In this document: one piece after another, positions 10,299-21,166 of the stretch
Numbering within the stretch: the stretch's first letter is position 1
Layout of the letters: every line of letters starts with the position of its first letter
NCBI GenBank assembly: GCA_051532035.1
Contig: JAOPTW010000032.1
Coordinates: 1 to 64,000 of the forward strand
Source of the DNA: Fibrobacterales bacterium
GTDB lineage: Bacteria; Fibrobacterota; Fibrobacteria; Fibrobacterales; JAOPTW01
Direction: 5' to 3'
Length of the DNA: 64,000 nt
Program-made: the position numbers and the translations under genes
The notes under the pieces: model-generated
Told to the model about the DNA's origin: nothing
Database searches by the model: none
The model's input: only the letters and a program-made list of their open reading frames with translations

Positions 10299-11552
10299 TT
10301 ATTGAATCGTATAATGTGACCACGAAGGAGAAGTATTACTCCCCTGAGTAGTCAGCTGCTTAAGGCCTGTGCCATCAGCTGCCATGATAAAAATTTGAGC
10401 TTTGCCTGTACGTGTAGAAGAGAATGCTATAAGCCTTCCATCGGGAGACCATACTGGAGATTCGTTATTCCCTTCATCAAATGTCAATTGGCGAATCTCT
10501 TTGCTCTCCATCGACATCACAAAGATATTAAATCTTCCGCTATCTTTTCTGCCACAAAAAACTATTTGCTTTCCGTTTGGTGACCAGCGAGGAGAATCAT
10601 TAAATTTCCCTTCATAAGTTAAGCGTTCAAACTTCGCGCCCTCACTATTCATTAGGTAGAGTTGAGGCATACCTCCTCTATCTGAGCTAAACACTACTTG
10701 AGCTCCATCAGGAGACCAGTCTGCAGAAGTCTCAATAGCCCAGTGCTTCGTCAACTGTGTTTTTTTACCACTGGTAAGATCCATCTTATACACATCTGAG
10801 TTCCCTCTATGGGCTTTTGTAAAGAGGAGGAACTTCCCATCTGCACTTTCACGTGGGACAAAACTCTGTTCAACATTAGGAATTACAGCCTGAGTAATCC
10901 CCGTATATATATTCCTCTTATAGACACGACCGTGATAATTCTTAAAACTCACATAATAGAGTGCCGTGTTATTAACATCCCACTCAGGCATGGTTACAAT
11001 GGAACCATCAGCAATAACTCGTTTTTTATTATACCCATCATAATCACTGACATGGATCTCTTTTTTACCCTTAGATTTATGTACATAGGCAAGTTTAGTA
11101 GAAGCCACACCTAGCTTTTTATAAAATGACTTTATGACATAGTCACTAAAATGGTGCATTGTCTTTCGAATCTTTTTTTGATCAAGGGTATAGAGGTTGC
11201 CATACATCAAGGCGTCGGTACCCATTTCATTCAATCGACACTCAATAACCAATTTACCTTCGCTATTTTGTGAATAGATCCCCGTCACATAGGCTACGAC
11301 ATTCTCTACGTACCAATAAGCAGTATCAATTTCTTGCGAATGGATCGTTTTAAACCGAGATGAAAGCTCGAGATCTGATGCTACAATATTTTGCGGAAGA
11401 TACTCTGTGGGGATTTTGAGATCAGACTCATTTTTAAAAGGGAGAAAAGCAATAGTTGGCTTTATACCACTTGAAGTAACAACAAGCTCTTTAACCTCTT
11501 CGGCAGAAAGCAGTACAGCAAAGGTAAGTACAATCCATATGAGTTGTTTCAT
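10299..11552 (-). CDS. tolB: Tol-Pal beta-propeller protein TolB
   Basis: Signal peptide, IVASDLELSSRF, repeated PD40 motifs (WSPDG..VFSSDR, SPRWSPNG, SPVWSPDG, SPSWS). Confidence 0.93.
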   Translation of the reverse strand: MKQLIWIVLTFAVLLSAEEVKELVVTSSGIKPTIAFLPFKNESDLKIPTEYLPQNIVASDLELSSRFKTIHSQEIDTAYWYVENVVAYVTGIYSQNSEGKLVIECRLNEMGTDALMYGNLYTLDQKKIRKTMHHFSDYVIKSFYKKLGVASTKLAYVHKSKGKKEIHVSDYDGYNKKRVIADGSIVTMPEWDVNNTALYYVSFKNYHGRVYKRNIYTGITQAVIPNVEQSFVPRESADGKFLLFTKAHRGNSDVYKMDLTSGKKTQLTKHWAIETSADWSPDGAQVVFSSDRGGMPQLYLMNSEGAKFERLTYEGKFNDSPRWSPNGKQIVFCGRKDSGRFNIFVMSMESKEIRQLTFDEGNNESPVWSPDGRLIAFSSTRTGKAQIFIMAADGTGLKQLTTQGSNTSPSWSHYTIQ

Positions 11553-11644
11553 AGTCTACATTAATAGTGTGATTACGATAAAAAGTAACAAAAAGAATGA
11601 ACCGACAGTACACAATTCGCTAAAAGGCGAGTCCAGAGCCTATT

Positions 11645-12373
11645 CTATTCACCTTCGACATATTTAAGTTGTACGCTAAATGACATATACTGACCATTAA
11701 ACGCTTTTGGCAGGGGAGCAACCCTACGGCTCATTGCACGGCGCGCTGCATCATCAATAAATGAAACCCCAGACGACTCATAAACCACATCAATGAGGGC
11801 CCCATTACGGTAAATTTTAAAGGTAACGGTACAATATTTACCATAATACTCTTTTCGCCCTAGAACCGGATTGAATCTCCGTTCAAGGGTCATCCGAATT
11901 AGTTGCTCATAATTGGCTATTTGAGCTTTCTCGGCTTTTGTAGGCTCAAAGTCTCGTGTAACCAATTCCTCTTCGCCCCACTCATCTTCTACCGGCTCCT
12001 CCTCTTGAGGAGGCTCGGGTTCTGGCTCAGGTTTCGGCGTTTCTTTCTTAGGCTTCTTTTTAGGCTCGGGTTTTACCTCTGGAGGAAGTTCTTTTTTTGG
12101 TTCTGACTTTGGCTCGGGCTTAGGATCCGGCTTAGGCTTAGGTTTTATAATCGGCTTTTTAGGGATTTTCTTTTTAGGCTTTGGTATAGGAGGGCGCACC
12201 AGCTCAATAATGGGAACCTGGTGTGGCTTCTTTGAAGGCCGTATGAGCACAGCACAACCCGCGAGTACTCCCACAACGAGGTGGAAGAGCAGGGATACAA
12301 TAATGATTTTTTTGAAATCACCACTACTACTCTCTACCTTAAAAAAGGAAGTGCTATTTTTGTGGTTTTCCAT
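11645..12373 (-). CDS. tolA: TolA/TonB family energy transducer
   Basis: TM with SLLFH (SHLS-like), Pro/Lys/Glu-rich spacer, C-terminal ESSG..IDDAARRA; between tolR and tolB. Confidence 0.82.
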   Translation of the reverse strand: MENHKNSTSFFKVESSSGDFKKIIIVSLLFHLVVGVLAGCAVLIRPSKKPHQVPIIELVRPPIPKPKKKIPKKPIIKPKPKPDPKPEPKSEPKKELPPEVKPEPKKKPKKETPKPEPEPEPPQEEEPVEDEWGEEELVTRDFEPTKAEKAQIANYEQLIRMTLERRFNPVLGRKEYYGKYCTVTFKIYRNGALIDVVYESSGVSFIDDAARRAMSRRVAPLPKAFNGQYMSFSVQLKYVEGE

Positions 12374-12755
12374 CTGTCAAAAAGCCTAATTTGGTTACAC
12401 CAAGGTTTTGCACTCGGGTAACAATTTTCATAACCTCTCCATAGCTCACTTTAGCATCGGAGTTTATTAGTACTGCAGACTCTTTATCCCAAATCTTAAC
12501 AAATATCTCTTTGAAAGTTTTTTTAGTAACCATCTCGCGCCCAATGTACAGGTTTCTAAATTTATCAATAGAAACCCTAAGCAAATCTTTATTTTCAAGA
12601 GCCGGAGCCTCTGCTTTGGGCAGATCAACCTTGACGCCCTGAGTCATCAAAGGGGCGGTAACCATAAATACGACGAGAATAGCAAAGACCACATCTACCA
12701 AATTGGTGATATTTAGTTCTTGGTTTGCGCGCTGGGGACGGTTTCTCCGTTTCAT
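12354..12755 (-). CDS. tolR: TolR/ExbD family protein
   Basis: LNITNLVDVVFAILVVFMVTAP, VKVDLPKA, VSYGEVMKIV. Confidence 0.9.
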   Translation of the reverse strand: MKRRNRPQRANQELNITNLVDVVFAILVVFMVTAPLMTQGVKVDLPKAEAPALENKDLLRVSIDKFRNLYIGREMVTKKTFKEIFVKIWDKESAVLINSDAKVSYGEVMKIVTRVQNLGVTKLGFLTDGKPQK

Positions 12756-13453
12756 TATTCTTGATTCCCAACACTTTCGAGAGCCATAAGATCACCACGT
12801 TTAAAGAGACTGAGTAAATGCGACCCAAAGTTATAGTAGTAGACTTCATTTTTATTATTTTTGGAGACAAAATAGTTGTATGCTGCCGACGCCGGTATAG
12901 CCACAATTAATCCCGCAAGAGTTGTAACAAGAGCAGCCGCGATACCTGGCGCAACAACACTCAACTCTGCTGAACCCTGTTTTCCAATCTCGAAAAAACT
13001 GGTCATAATACCCCAAACGGTACCGAGAAGACCAAGGAATGGTGCAAGAGAGCTGCAGAGTGCTACAAAACTGAGATATCGTTCTTCAGTCAAGCGCTGA
13101 GCTTCAATACTTCTTTGAACAGCCTCTTCAAGAAGAGACGCCCTATGAATGATACTATCATAGCTCACAAATTTCGAGAAATTCTTAACTTCATCAATGA
13201 CGTCTGACGTGATATTTTTGAGGGGCGACTCAGTTCCATTATCAACTACTTTTTTAACTTCAGAAAATTGATATACCTTGCCAAAATCTTTGTTGAAACT
13301 TTGATTTGATTTCTTAAATATTTTATTCTGTTTCCACTTAAGAAAAATGATCCCCCATGTTCCCAAGGACATAAAAAACAGAATACCAATAATCACAATT
13401 GCCGAGAGTTCGGCTTCGAGAACGACCTGAATAAGTGTGCTATTCGACATCAA
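12755..13453 (-). CDS. tolQ: TolQ (MotA/TolQ/ExbB family)
   Basis: APFLGLLGTVWGIMTSF, LSVVAPGIAAALVTTLAGLIVAIPA..YNYF. Confidence 0.92.
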   Translation of the reverse strand: MMSNSTLIQVVLEAELSAIVIIGILFFMSLGTWGIIFLKWKQNKIFKKSNQSFNKDFGKVYQFSEVKKVVDNGTESPLKNITSDVIDEVKNFSKFVSYDSIIHRASLLEEAVQRSIEAQRLTEERYLSFVALCSSLAPFLGLLGTVWGIMTSFFEIGKQGSAELSVVAPGIAAALVTTLAGLIVAIPASAAYNYFVSKNNKNEVYYYNFGSHLLSLFKRGDLMALESVGNQE

Positions 13454-13613
13454 TAAACTTTTTTAAAAATTTTCTATTCTTTAAGATAGTAACAATTATT
13501 GGGCTTGACCATGCTCTATAGTCGTTTTGACTGCCATGACCAACCATAGAACGTAGACGTCTCTATTAAAGCATAAGGCACTGAAGCCTATAAAGGTAGA
13601 GAACTGGGGCTAT

Positions 13614-15053
13614 CTATTTTTTAAGGTACGCTTTTAACTTCTGCATTTTATGATTGAGCACTGCATTATGTGTAAGCTCTTTTTCAAGACTCTTAATTGC
13701 ATGAATTACTGTAGAGTAATCTCTATTAAAATGAGCGGCAATAGTATGGAGCGTTGAACCTGTTATATGACGCGAAAGATACATAGCGAGTTTGCGTGGA
13801 ACAGCCACTGTTTTTAGGCGACTCTGAGAACAAAGTACATCAGATTCTAGATCAAACTCCGTAGCAACAGTATCGATAATTGACGGAATAGATATCTTAC
13901 CTTTCTGCTTTGACGCTACACCCATAAGTACTGATTTTGCAGCTTCGAGTGAAAGGTCACGCCCCATGAGAGAGGAGTAGGCAAAAAGTCGCGTTAAGGC
14001 ACCTTCAAGTTCACGTATATTCGTAGTAAACTTCTCTGCGATAAACTGAAGAATCTCAATTGAAAAATGCTTCATACAAGGATCAGAGGAGATCTTTTTC
14101 TTGAGGATCTCGAGACGAGTCTCGTAATTTGTAGGGAGTACTGGAGCAGCTAATCCTGAACTGAAGCGATTAATGAGACGCTCGTTAAGCCCTTCTACTT
14201 CATTTGGGTCTTTATCACAGGTAATAACAATCTGTTTATTCATTTGACGAAGGGTTTCGAATATCTTAAAGAACTCTTCTTGAGTCTGTTTTTTATTTGA
14301 GAGAAACTGAATATCATCGATAAGTAAAATATCGACGTCTTTATAAGTGTTAAAGAAGCTCTCTTGGGTATCTTTTTTTGAGACCTTGCTAATAAAGTCA
14401 GAAATAAACCGGTCGGAAGTGCGGTAGAGCACTTTTTGCGCTGTTTGGTGGCGAATTGCGTAATTACCAATAGCATGGAGTAAATGGGTCTTACCCATAC
14501 CAGTTCCCCCATATATAATAAGAGGATTTACACTATTACGTCCAGGAGCCTGAGCAACATTTTTAGATGCAACATAAATAAGTTCATTATTTTCAGCCTT
14601 TACAAACTGATCAAATGTATAGTGACGATTTATTCCTTCTTGCTGGACTCGACGACCACTTTGACGCATTTCGTGAGGCGCTTGAAGGATATCGTGAACA
14701 ACAGGAATTTCTCTTAAAGTCTTTTGGGCGATTCCAGGGGCTGGAGTTACATTAACCCGTTCAGGAGCCTCAACAGTAAAGTCAAGATAGAGTACCGATT
14801 CATCAAGTGACTGGGCTGCCCCTAAAAGCATATTATGATAGTTACTTTGAATCCAATCCGCTATGAACGACCCTTCAACTGAAAGAAAAAGAGTATTTTG
14901 CTCAATTTTTATAAACTTAAGGGAATCGAACCAAGTATGATATTGCTGTGCAGTCACTTCTTGCTCAATTTTTGACAGGCATGAGCCCCAAAAATCTTCT
15001 TGACATACATCTATCAACATTTTATCAACTGATGGCATTCGTTTTCCTGGCAT
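13614..15053 (-). CDS. dnaA: Chromosomal replication initiator DnaA
   Basis: YTFDQFV, NPLIIYGGTGMGKTHLLHAIG (Walker A), LLIDDIQFL (Walker B), NIRELEGAL, domain IV RDYSTVIHA; the true start may be at 15038 or 15020. Confidence 0.97.
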   Translation of the reverse strand: MPGKRMPSVDKMLIDVCQEDFWGSCLSKIEQEVTAQQYHTWFDSLKFIKIEQNTLFLSVEGSFIADWIQSNYHNMLLGAAQSLDESVLYLDFTVEAPERVNVTPAPGIAQKTLREIPVVHDILQAPHEMRQSGRRVQQEGINRHYTFDQFVKAENNELIYVASKNVAQAPGRNSVNPLIIYGGTGMGKTHLLHAIGNYAIRHQTAQKVLYRTSDRFISDFISKVSKKDTQESFFNTYKDVDILLIDDIQFLSNKKQTQEEFFKIFETLRQMNKQIVITCDKDPNEVEGLNERLINRFSSGLAAPVLPTNYETRLEILKKKISSDPCMKHFSIEILQFIAEKFTTNIRELEGALTRLFAYSSLMGRDLSLEAAKSVLMGVASKQKGKISIPSIIDTVATEFDLESDVLCSQSRLKTVAVPRKLAMYLSRHITGSTLHTIAAHFNRDYSTVIHAIKSLEKELTHNAVLNHKMQKLKAYLKK

Positions 15054-15074
15054 TTCGTAAACAGTTGTCTGAAT

Positions 15075-15390
15075 GTAAAAATTGTATTATAAAATCACAG
15101 TAATTTCTATTCAAATATATTTATTTATTTTTTGGCTTTTTATTGACATTAAGGCCGTTTTATATAGGAGCAAAAGTTATTCACATCCATCTAGTTCTTC
15201 CCAACTTTCAACCAACATTGTCTTACCAGTATACCAACACGTATCATCACAAACTATCAACACTTTTACAACTCAAACACACTCAATGTATACACCCACA
15301 TCTCATCAATCCCTCACTCTACTTGAATCATCCATTAACAAGCTCTTTTTCTCCTCTTTTTTATCACTAAATTTTAGCGTGTTGACAAAT
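15075..15390. promoter_or_regulatory. dnaA upstream region with AT-rich tract and degenerate DnaA boxes
   Basis: AT-rich about 15075-15145; TTATTCACA 15177-15185, ATACCAACA 15231-15239, CTATCAACA 15254-15262, TTGTCAACA (minus) 15380-15388. Confidence 0.5.
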
Positions 15391-15480
15391 AAGGTATGGC
15401 TAACTCAAATTGCTCAACGCGTTTTAATTGCTAGGTAATGCTTATTTCTAGGTTCTTAATGTAAAACCTTAAGTAAACCC

Positions 15481-15508
15481 TAAAGTCTTTCTTTAATTTT
15501 TCCGAACT
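15481..15508 (+). promoter_or_regulatory. Putative sigma28 (FliA/SigD) promoter
   Basis: TAAA-N16-TCCGAACT, about 30 nt upstream of the ATG at 15541. Confidence 0.45.
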
Positions 15509-15540
15509 ATACTATATGAGGTTAAGAGAAGTGAGATAGC

Positions 15541-16227
15541 ATGTCAATTTCAGCAATAACACAAGAGGTAGCTCCTACCAGTCAAGCAAAAGGAAAAGAG
15601 CTCCATGAGGCAGCAAAGTCTCCTAAAGCACCCGAATCTAACTTTCACTATAGTACTGAGACCTATCAAGTAAATAAAGATGGTGATTCATTCGAAATGA
15701 GCTATAGTAAAACAACTATAGATTCGACAACCTCAAAAGGAAGTCAACTCGACCCGCGTGCAGCACAAATTTTAAATGGCTTTAGTATGGATGATTTTCA
15801 AGAAAAAATCAAATCCGACCTCCTTGAAATGGTTTTTGAGTCCAATAAGAAAGCTCAAGAAGAGACCAATGAGTCTCTATTAGAGAAATATGGCTCAGAT
15901 GTCATTTATCAAGTCTCCGAAGAAGTTGAAGCAGCTGAAGTACCCGAATTCTGGAACGCCGAGAACACCGCACAGCGTTTGGTCGATTTCGCTATGTCAT
16001 TTAAAGACGTCGCAGGAATTGAGGGCGACGCAGAATACATCACAGAAGTTCGTGAAGCCGTGGTAGAGGGTTTTCGTCAAGCCAAAGGAATCATAGGTGA
16101 CGTTGACGACAGCACCCATCGCCTGTACAATGACACCTTTGAACTTACCATGAAAAAATTTGATGACCTCCTTGCTGAAGCGACAGGCCCCACTCAAATC
16201 CCCCAACCCGTTGATATGGTTGCATAG
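15541..16227 (+). CDS. Hypothetical protein with DUF5610-like C-terminal domain
   Basis: FWNAENTAQRLVDFA...AVVEGFRQAKGIIG...TFELTMKKFD pattern; followed by its own terminator. Confidence 0.65.
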   Translation: MSISAITQEVAPTSQAKGKELHEAAKSPKAPESNFHYSTETYQVNKDGDSFEMSYSKTTIDSTTSKGSQLDPRAAQILNGFSMDDFQEKIKSDLLEMVFESNKKAQEETNESLLEKYGSDVIYQVSEEVEAAEVPEFWNAENTAQRLVDFAMSFKDVAGIEGDAEYITEVREAVVEGFRQAKGIIGDVDDSTHRLYNDTFELTMKKFDDLLAEATGPTQIPQPVDMVA

Positions 16228-16266
16228 CGCTCACTCACACCACACCTCATCAATCACACTCTGACC

Positions 16267-16291
16267 AAAGCAAAGGATTCCCTTTGCTTTT
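16267..16291 (+). terminator. Intrinsic terminator
   Basis: AAAGCAAAGG-ATTC-CCTTTGCTTT T. Confidence 0.75.
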
Positions 16292-16342
16292 CTGTCGTGA
16301 TTATTACATTTAACTACTCAAACACCACTTATAGAGAAGACA

Positions 16343-16750
16343 ATGGCCGACAACTCCTCAATTCTTACTGAAGTTTCTTTTAATGCACATGGTCTCGTCC
16401 CCGCTATTGCGTGTGACGTAACCACCGGCGAAATGCTCATGATGGCATGGATGACTGCTGAAACTCTTCTTCAAACTATTGAAACCGGCATCATGACTTA
16501 TTACTCTCGATCACGAGACGAAGTCTGGGTAAAGGGCGCCTCATCAGGAAATATTCAAAAAGTTGTTTCTGCACATCTAGACTGCGATGGAGATACGCTC
16601 CTCTTTAAAGTTACCCCAGAGGGCGTGGGAGCCGCCTGTCATGAAGGGTATAAATCGTGCTTTTTCAGAGAACTCAAAGAGGGGAGCTGGGTTACACAAG
16701 GCACTCCACTGTTTGACCCCAAAGAGGTATATGGTACTAAAAACCATTAA
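16343..16750 (+). CDS. hisI: Phosphoribosyl-AMP cyclohydrolase
   Basis: GLVPAI, YYSRSRDEVWVKGASSG, DCDGDTLL, ACHEGYKSCFF. Confidence 0.95.
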   Translation: MADNSSILTEVSFNAHGLVPAIACDVTTGEMLMMAWMTAETLLQTIETGIMTYYSRSRDEVWVKGASSGNIQKVVSAHLDCDGDTLLFKVTPEGVGAACHEGYKSCFFRELKEGSWVTQGTPLFDPKEVYGTKNH

Positions 16751-18155
16751 TGAGCTTCTTTCGTCTGCAGGACTCTCTCTTACTCATGCCCGTGTACTTA
16801 TAGCTGTTTCTGGCGGAGCCGATAGTATGGCCTGCCTCAAATTTTTTATCGATTCTGCGAAACAGTGGCAACTCAATACACTTGCAGTCGCCCACTTAGA
16901 CCATGGTTTGAGGGGGGCTGACTCTTTGGCTGACTCTGAGTTTGTTGCGGCATACGCGCAATCACACAACCTTACCTGCTATACTCGAAGCATCAAAGGC
17001 AGTCACTATTCCGGCCCCAGTTTAGAAAACTATCTGAGGAATGAACGATACTGCTTTTTTGAAACCCTCGTTGCTGAGCACTCTTTTGATTACGTTATAA
17101 CCGCACATACTGCAAATGATGTTGCCGAATCGTTATTGATGCGCCTTGAGCGCGGTGTTGGCTTTGAGGGTCTCGAGGCGATACACCTACTGAGAGAGAA
17201 GCTTTATTTACGCCCCCTTCTCCAAACAACAAGAGAAGAGATTCTTCAGTTTCTCAATGAAAACCACGTCCCCCATCGGGAAGACGCATCGAATGCAGAC
17301 CAGAAATTTCGAAGAAATTATGTACGCCACACCACAATACCGGCCCTTCTCAAAACAGAGCCTAACCTAATAGAACGGTGCACCAATATTGCATATTTGG
17401 CTCGCCAATTAAAGCCAACAGTTCAACACCTGGCCAATACTACTTTTCATGGGTCTCTCATCTCTATTGATACACAGAGTATTACCCTTAACACGAAAGA
17501 AATCCGTCACCTCTTAGCCACTGATGACAACAGAGACCTTCTTTTTATCTTTTTAAATAATTATTGGAAGGAGCTCGGGACTCCACAACTCGAGGAAACG
17601 ACCTTTGAAACAATGCATCACTACCTCAGCAAAGTACAAACGGGCGCGTCACCGTTAAGACTGCAGCTTAAAAAAGGGTGGTTACTTGCTATTAATAGTC
17701 ACTTCCTCTACCTTGGCAAGCCAGACACCAGCCGATTTTTATTCTCAGTTGATTTTTCACCCCCTAGCCTTAGGGTGAGCTCTATTTCCATTGATATGAA
17801 CTATTATACATTAGAATATAGAGAAATACCCATTGACTCACTGCCAGAATTGAGCGCCTCCAACCCTCTTACAATTTACCTCGACAAAGCGAAACTCCCC
17901 AAAAAGTGTGCTATTCGCAATAAAAATAGCAGAGATGTATTTTCTCCTTTGGGAATTTGCTCCAAAACAAGGAAATTAACTAAATTTCTGAGTGATAGAA
18001 AAGTACTCAAAGAGCAACAACAATCCTTACCTCTTTTAACTAACAATAATGATATAATCTGGGTTATTGGATATCAGATTTCCGATAACTATAAGGTTGA
18101 TCACACAACAAAACATATAATTGAAATGAGTGTTACATGCAAAAAGACCCAATGA
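16731..18155 (+). CDS. tilS: tRNA(Ile)-lysidine synthetase
   Basis: [40 protein letters not shown] and TilS C-terminal domain; ATG at 16731 after GAGGT. Confidence 0.93.
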   Translation: MVLKTINELLSSAGLSLTHARVLIAVSGGADSMACLKFFIDSAKQWQLNTLAVAHLDHGLRGADSLADSEFVAAYAQSHNLTCYTRSIKGSHYSGPSLENYLRNERYCFFETLVAEHSFDYVITAHTANDVAESLLMRLERGVGFEGLEAIHLLREKLYLRPLLQTTREEILQFLNENHVPHREDASNADQKFRRNYVRHTTIPALLKTEPNLIERCTNIAYLARQLKPTVQHLANTTFHGSLISIDTQSITLNTKEIRHLLATDDNRDLLFIFLNNYWKELGTPQLEETTFETMHHYLSKVQTGASPLRLQLKKGWLLAINSHFLYLGKPDTSRFLFSVDFSPPSLRVSSISIDMNYYTLEYREIPIDSLPELSASNPLTIYLDKAKLPKKCAIRNKNSRDVFSPLGICSKTRKLTKFLSDRKVLKEQQQSLPLLTNNNDIIWVIGYQISDNYKVDHTTKHIIEMSVTCKKTQ

Positions 18156-20296
18156 ACAGTCAAAACAAGAAACCAGAAAAGCCTCCTGTAAAAAACAAGA
18201 ACCTCATGCTTGTTCTTTTTATGGTAATATTGGCCGTTATTTTACTCAACCTCTACTCTACTGAGATGGGTGGCTCCACTGTTTCTCGTACAGAATTTCT
18301 TAAATGGATGTCTGACCCAGAAGTGATAGTCCACAAGTTAAAACTCCAAAAGTATGCTGATGGCGTCAATATCTCAGGTAGAAAAGTACTTACCGCTGAC
18401 GAACGCACTCCCGACACCCAAGATGAGAGCTTCTTTAAGGTTAAAGAGGACCAACAAAAAGATTACCGCGAATTCACTTCGCACATGCTCGAAGTCCCTC
18501 ATGACCTTATTATTGAGTGGGAGAAAAATAAAAATATCCATATTGAAGTAATGCACGACACTTCGGGCTGGATCAGTCACCTCTTTACTTTTATACCCCT
18601 TATATTAATTATCGCCTTTTTCTGGTTTATGATGGCACGCCAAGGAGGTGGCCAAGGAGGCCGCGGACTCTTTAGCATGGGTAAAAGCAGAGCAAAACTC
18701 AATGATGGCTCAAAAGCAAAACAACTTTTTTCTGATGTTGCCGGATGTGAAGAAGCCAAAGAAGACCTTCAAGAAATTGTCGATTTTTTGAAAAGTCCTA
18801 AAAAGTACAATGAAATTGGCGCAAAAATTCCTAAAGGCGCACTTCTATTAGGCCCTCCTGGTACGGGTAAAACACTTCTCGCTCGAGCTGTTGCCGGTGA
18901 AGCAGGTGTACCATTCTTCTCAGTTTCAGGCTCAGACTTTGTTGAAATGTTTGTTGGTGTTGGTGCCTCACGGGTACGTGACCTTTTTGAGACCGGTAAA
19001 AAGAATGCACCATGTATTCTCTTTATTGATGAAATAGATGCAGTAGGACGTCAACGGGGTGCAGGCCTTGGGGGTGGCCATGATGAGCGCGAACAAACGC
19101 TCAATCAGCTTCTTGTAGAGATGGATGGTTTTGATGGCAACGAAGGAGTAATCCTCATTGCTGCAACAAACCGTGCAGATGTACTCGACAAAGCACTCTT
19201 ACGCCCTGGGCGATTTGATCGACAAATTGTTGTTGATGCCCCAGATGTTAAAGGCAGAAAAGAGATCCTTGAAGTACACCTCAAAAAAAGAAAGACCCCT
19301 CTCGCTGATGACATCGAAATAGAAACTCTTGCAAAAGGAACTCCTGGACTCACCGGAGCCGACCTTGAAAATCTCATTAATGAAGCAAGTCTCCTTGCTG
19401 CACGCTTCAACGCTAAAACAGTTTCCATGCTTGATTTTGAAGAAGCTAAAGATAAAATCATGATCGGAACTGAACGAAGATCACGAGTAATGACTGATGA
19501 TGAGAAACGCACAACAGCCTATCACGAAGCGGGCCATGCACTCATCACACATCTCATGGAAAACGCTGACACCTTACACAAGCTGTCTATTATCCCACGG
19601 GGTAGAGCACTCGGTATTACATTTTCACTCCCTGAAAAAGATCGCTACACTATGGATAAACTTTTTATCCAAGATCAGATTGCAATTTTACTTGCGGGAC
19701 GTTCAGCTGAGCATCTCGTATTTAATCAACGAAACACCGGTGCATCAAATGATATTGAACGAGCATCTGAGCTTGCACGACGTATGACTACCGAATGGGG
19801 AATGACTGATGAGCTGGGCCCAATCTGTTATGGCCAGAAGCAAGAAGAAGTGTTCCTTGGACGAGACATTCAAAAGCATCAGGGCTTTTCTGAACAGACG
19901 TCAATGCACATCGATGAAGTGGTTCGCTCAATTATTGACGAACAGATGCACCGAGTAGACCGAATTCTCGAAGAGAATCGCGACACCCTAACGATGCTTG
20001 CAGAAGCACTCCTCGAACATGAAGTTCTCGATCGAGAAGAAATCCTTAATGTACTCGATGGCAACACTCTTGAATCTTCGAAAAAATCACGACAATACCA
20101 GAAAATGCTCGAAGAGAAAGAGAAGAAAAAAGAGAAAGAGCTCGCAATTGAGAATGCAATTGATGAACTTCAAAAAGCAAAAGAGCGCAATGCAGGTGGC
20201 GACTTGGCTATTGATGTCACCTCAGACGCCCCAGCAAGTCCTTCTATAGAAGAACCTAAAAGCGACTCTAGCACCGACGATAGCGAACAGAAATAG
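18137..20296 (+). CDS. ftsH: ATP-dependent zinc metalloprotease FtsH
   Basis: Two TMs, [31 protein letters not shown]. Confidence 0.97.
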   Translation: MQKDPMNSQNKKPEKPPVKNKNLMLVLFMVILAVILLNLYSTEMGGSTVSRTEFLKWMSDPEVIVHKLKLQKYADGVNISGRKVLTADERTPDTQDESFFKVKEDQQKDYREFTSHMLEVPHDLIIEWEKNKNIHIEVMHDTSGWISHLFTFIPLILIIAFFWFMMARQGGGQGGRGLFSMGKSRAKLNDGSKAKQLFSDVAGCEEAKEDLQEIVDFLKSPKKYNEIGAKIPKGALLLGPPGTGKTLLARAVAGEAGVPFFSVSGSDFVEMFVGVGASRVRDLFETGKKNAPCILFIDEIDAVGRQRGAGLGGGHDEREQTLNQLLVEMDGFDGNEGVILIAATNRADVLDKALLRPGRFDRQIVVDAPDVKGRKEILEVHLKKRKTPLADDIEIETLAKGTPGLTGADLENLINEASLLAARFNAKTVSMLDFEEAKDKIMIGTERRSRVMTDDEKRTTAYHEAGHALITHLMENADTLHKLSIIPRGRALGITFSLPEKDRYTMDKLFIQDQIAILLAGRSAEHLVFNQRNTGASNDIERASELARRMTTEWGMTDELGPICYGQKQEEVFLGRDIQKHQGFSEQTSMHIDEVVRSIIDEQMHRVDRILEENRDTLTMLAEALLEHEVLDREEILNVLDGNTLESSKKSRQYQKMLEEKEKKKEKELAIENAIDELQKAKERNAGGDLAIDVTSDAPASPSIEEPKSDSSTDDSEQK

Positions 20297-20299
20297 CCC

Positions 20300-21166
20300 A
20301 TGGCATTACAAAGCTGTGCACGCCGACCATGGAAAATCGGGGATACCTATCTCAATCCCCGTGGCACTGCTATTATGGGAATTCTTAATGTAACCCCCGA
20401 TTCATTTCATGACGGGGGATTTCACAACACTCTCGAAAAACAATTTGATCAATCGATGCAGATGATCAGTGATGGCGCAGTTATCATTGACGTCGGCGGC
20501 GAGTCATCACGACCTGGCGCTGTAGCAGTCTCTGAGGATGAGGAACTTTCACGAGTTATTCCTATAATTCAGAAACTCTCTGACGCCATAGATCCAACTC
20601 AGATATTCCTCTCTATCGATACGACTAAAGCGTTAGTTGCACAAAAAGCGGTAGAGTCAGGTGCAACTATTATCAATGACATTTCTGCCCTCACCGCAGA
20701 CCAAAAAATGATAGATGTCGTTGTCCAATCTGGCGCAAGCGTTATACTTAATCACATTCAGGGTACACCCCAAACCATGCAAAACAACCCTGACTACACC
20801 GACCTTTTTGAGGACATTATTTCGACCCTCAATCATACCATTACGCAACTCACTAATAAGGGGTACCCGCTTTCAAAGGCGTGTGTTGATCCTGGTATTG
20901 GTTTTGGCAAAATGGTGATTCACAATTACCAGCTTATTTGGGAAATGCATCGGCTTTCGATTCTTAATTGCCCAATACTCATGGGTATGTCTCGAAAGTC
21001 ATTTATTGGAAACACCGCTGGCTTCGAAGATTCAGACAGGCTGATCCCCTCTATTACTTCAGCTGTGATTGCATCAATTGCGGGCGCATCAATTGTAAGA
21101 GTCCACGACGTGAAAGAGACTTACGAAGCGTTGACTTTTTCGGAGGCAATTCAATATGAACGATAG
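20300..21166 (+). CDS. folP: Dihydropteroate synthase
   Basis: MGILNVTPDSF, IDVGGESSRPG, DPGIGFGK, SRKSFIG, RVHDV. Confidence 0.96.
   Translation: MALQSCARRPWKIGDTYLNPRGTAIMGILNVTPDSFHDGGFHNTLEKQFDQSMQMISDGAVIIDVGGESSRPGAVAVSEDEELSRVIPIIQKLSDAIDPTQIFLSIDTTKALVAQKAVESGATIINDISALTADQKMIDVVVQSGASVILNHIQGTPQTMQNNPDYTDLFEDIISTLNHTITQLTNKGYPLSKACVDPGIGFGKMVIHNYQLIWEMHRLSILNCPILMGMSRKSFIGNTAGFEDSDRLIPSITSAVIASIAGASIVRVHDVKETYEALTFSEAIQYER

Noticed and set aside
11960..12200. Short repeated GGCTT/GGCTC motifs
   Set aside because: Encode the Pro-Lys/Pro-Glu spacer of TolA
15082..15438. ORFs 15082-15438 and 15143-15370 upstream of dnaA
   Set aside because: TTG starts without a clear RBS, S/T/H/Q-biased composition caused by the G-poor strand; better explained as regulatory DNA
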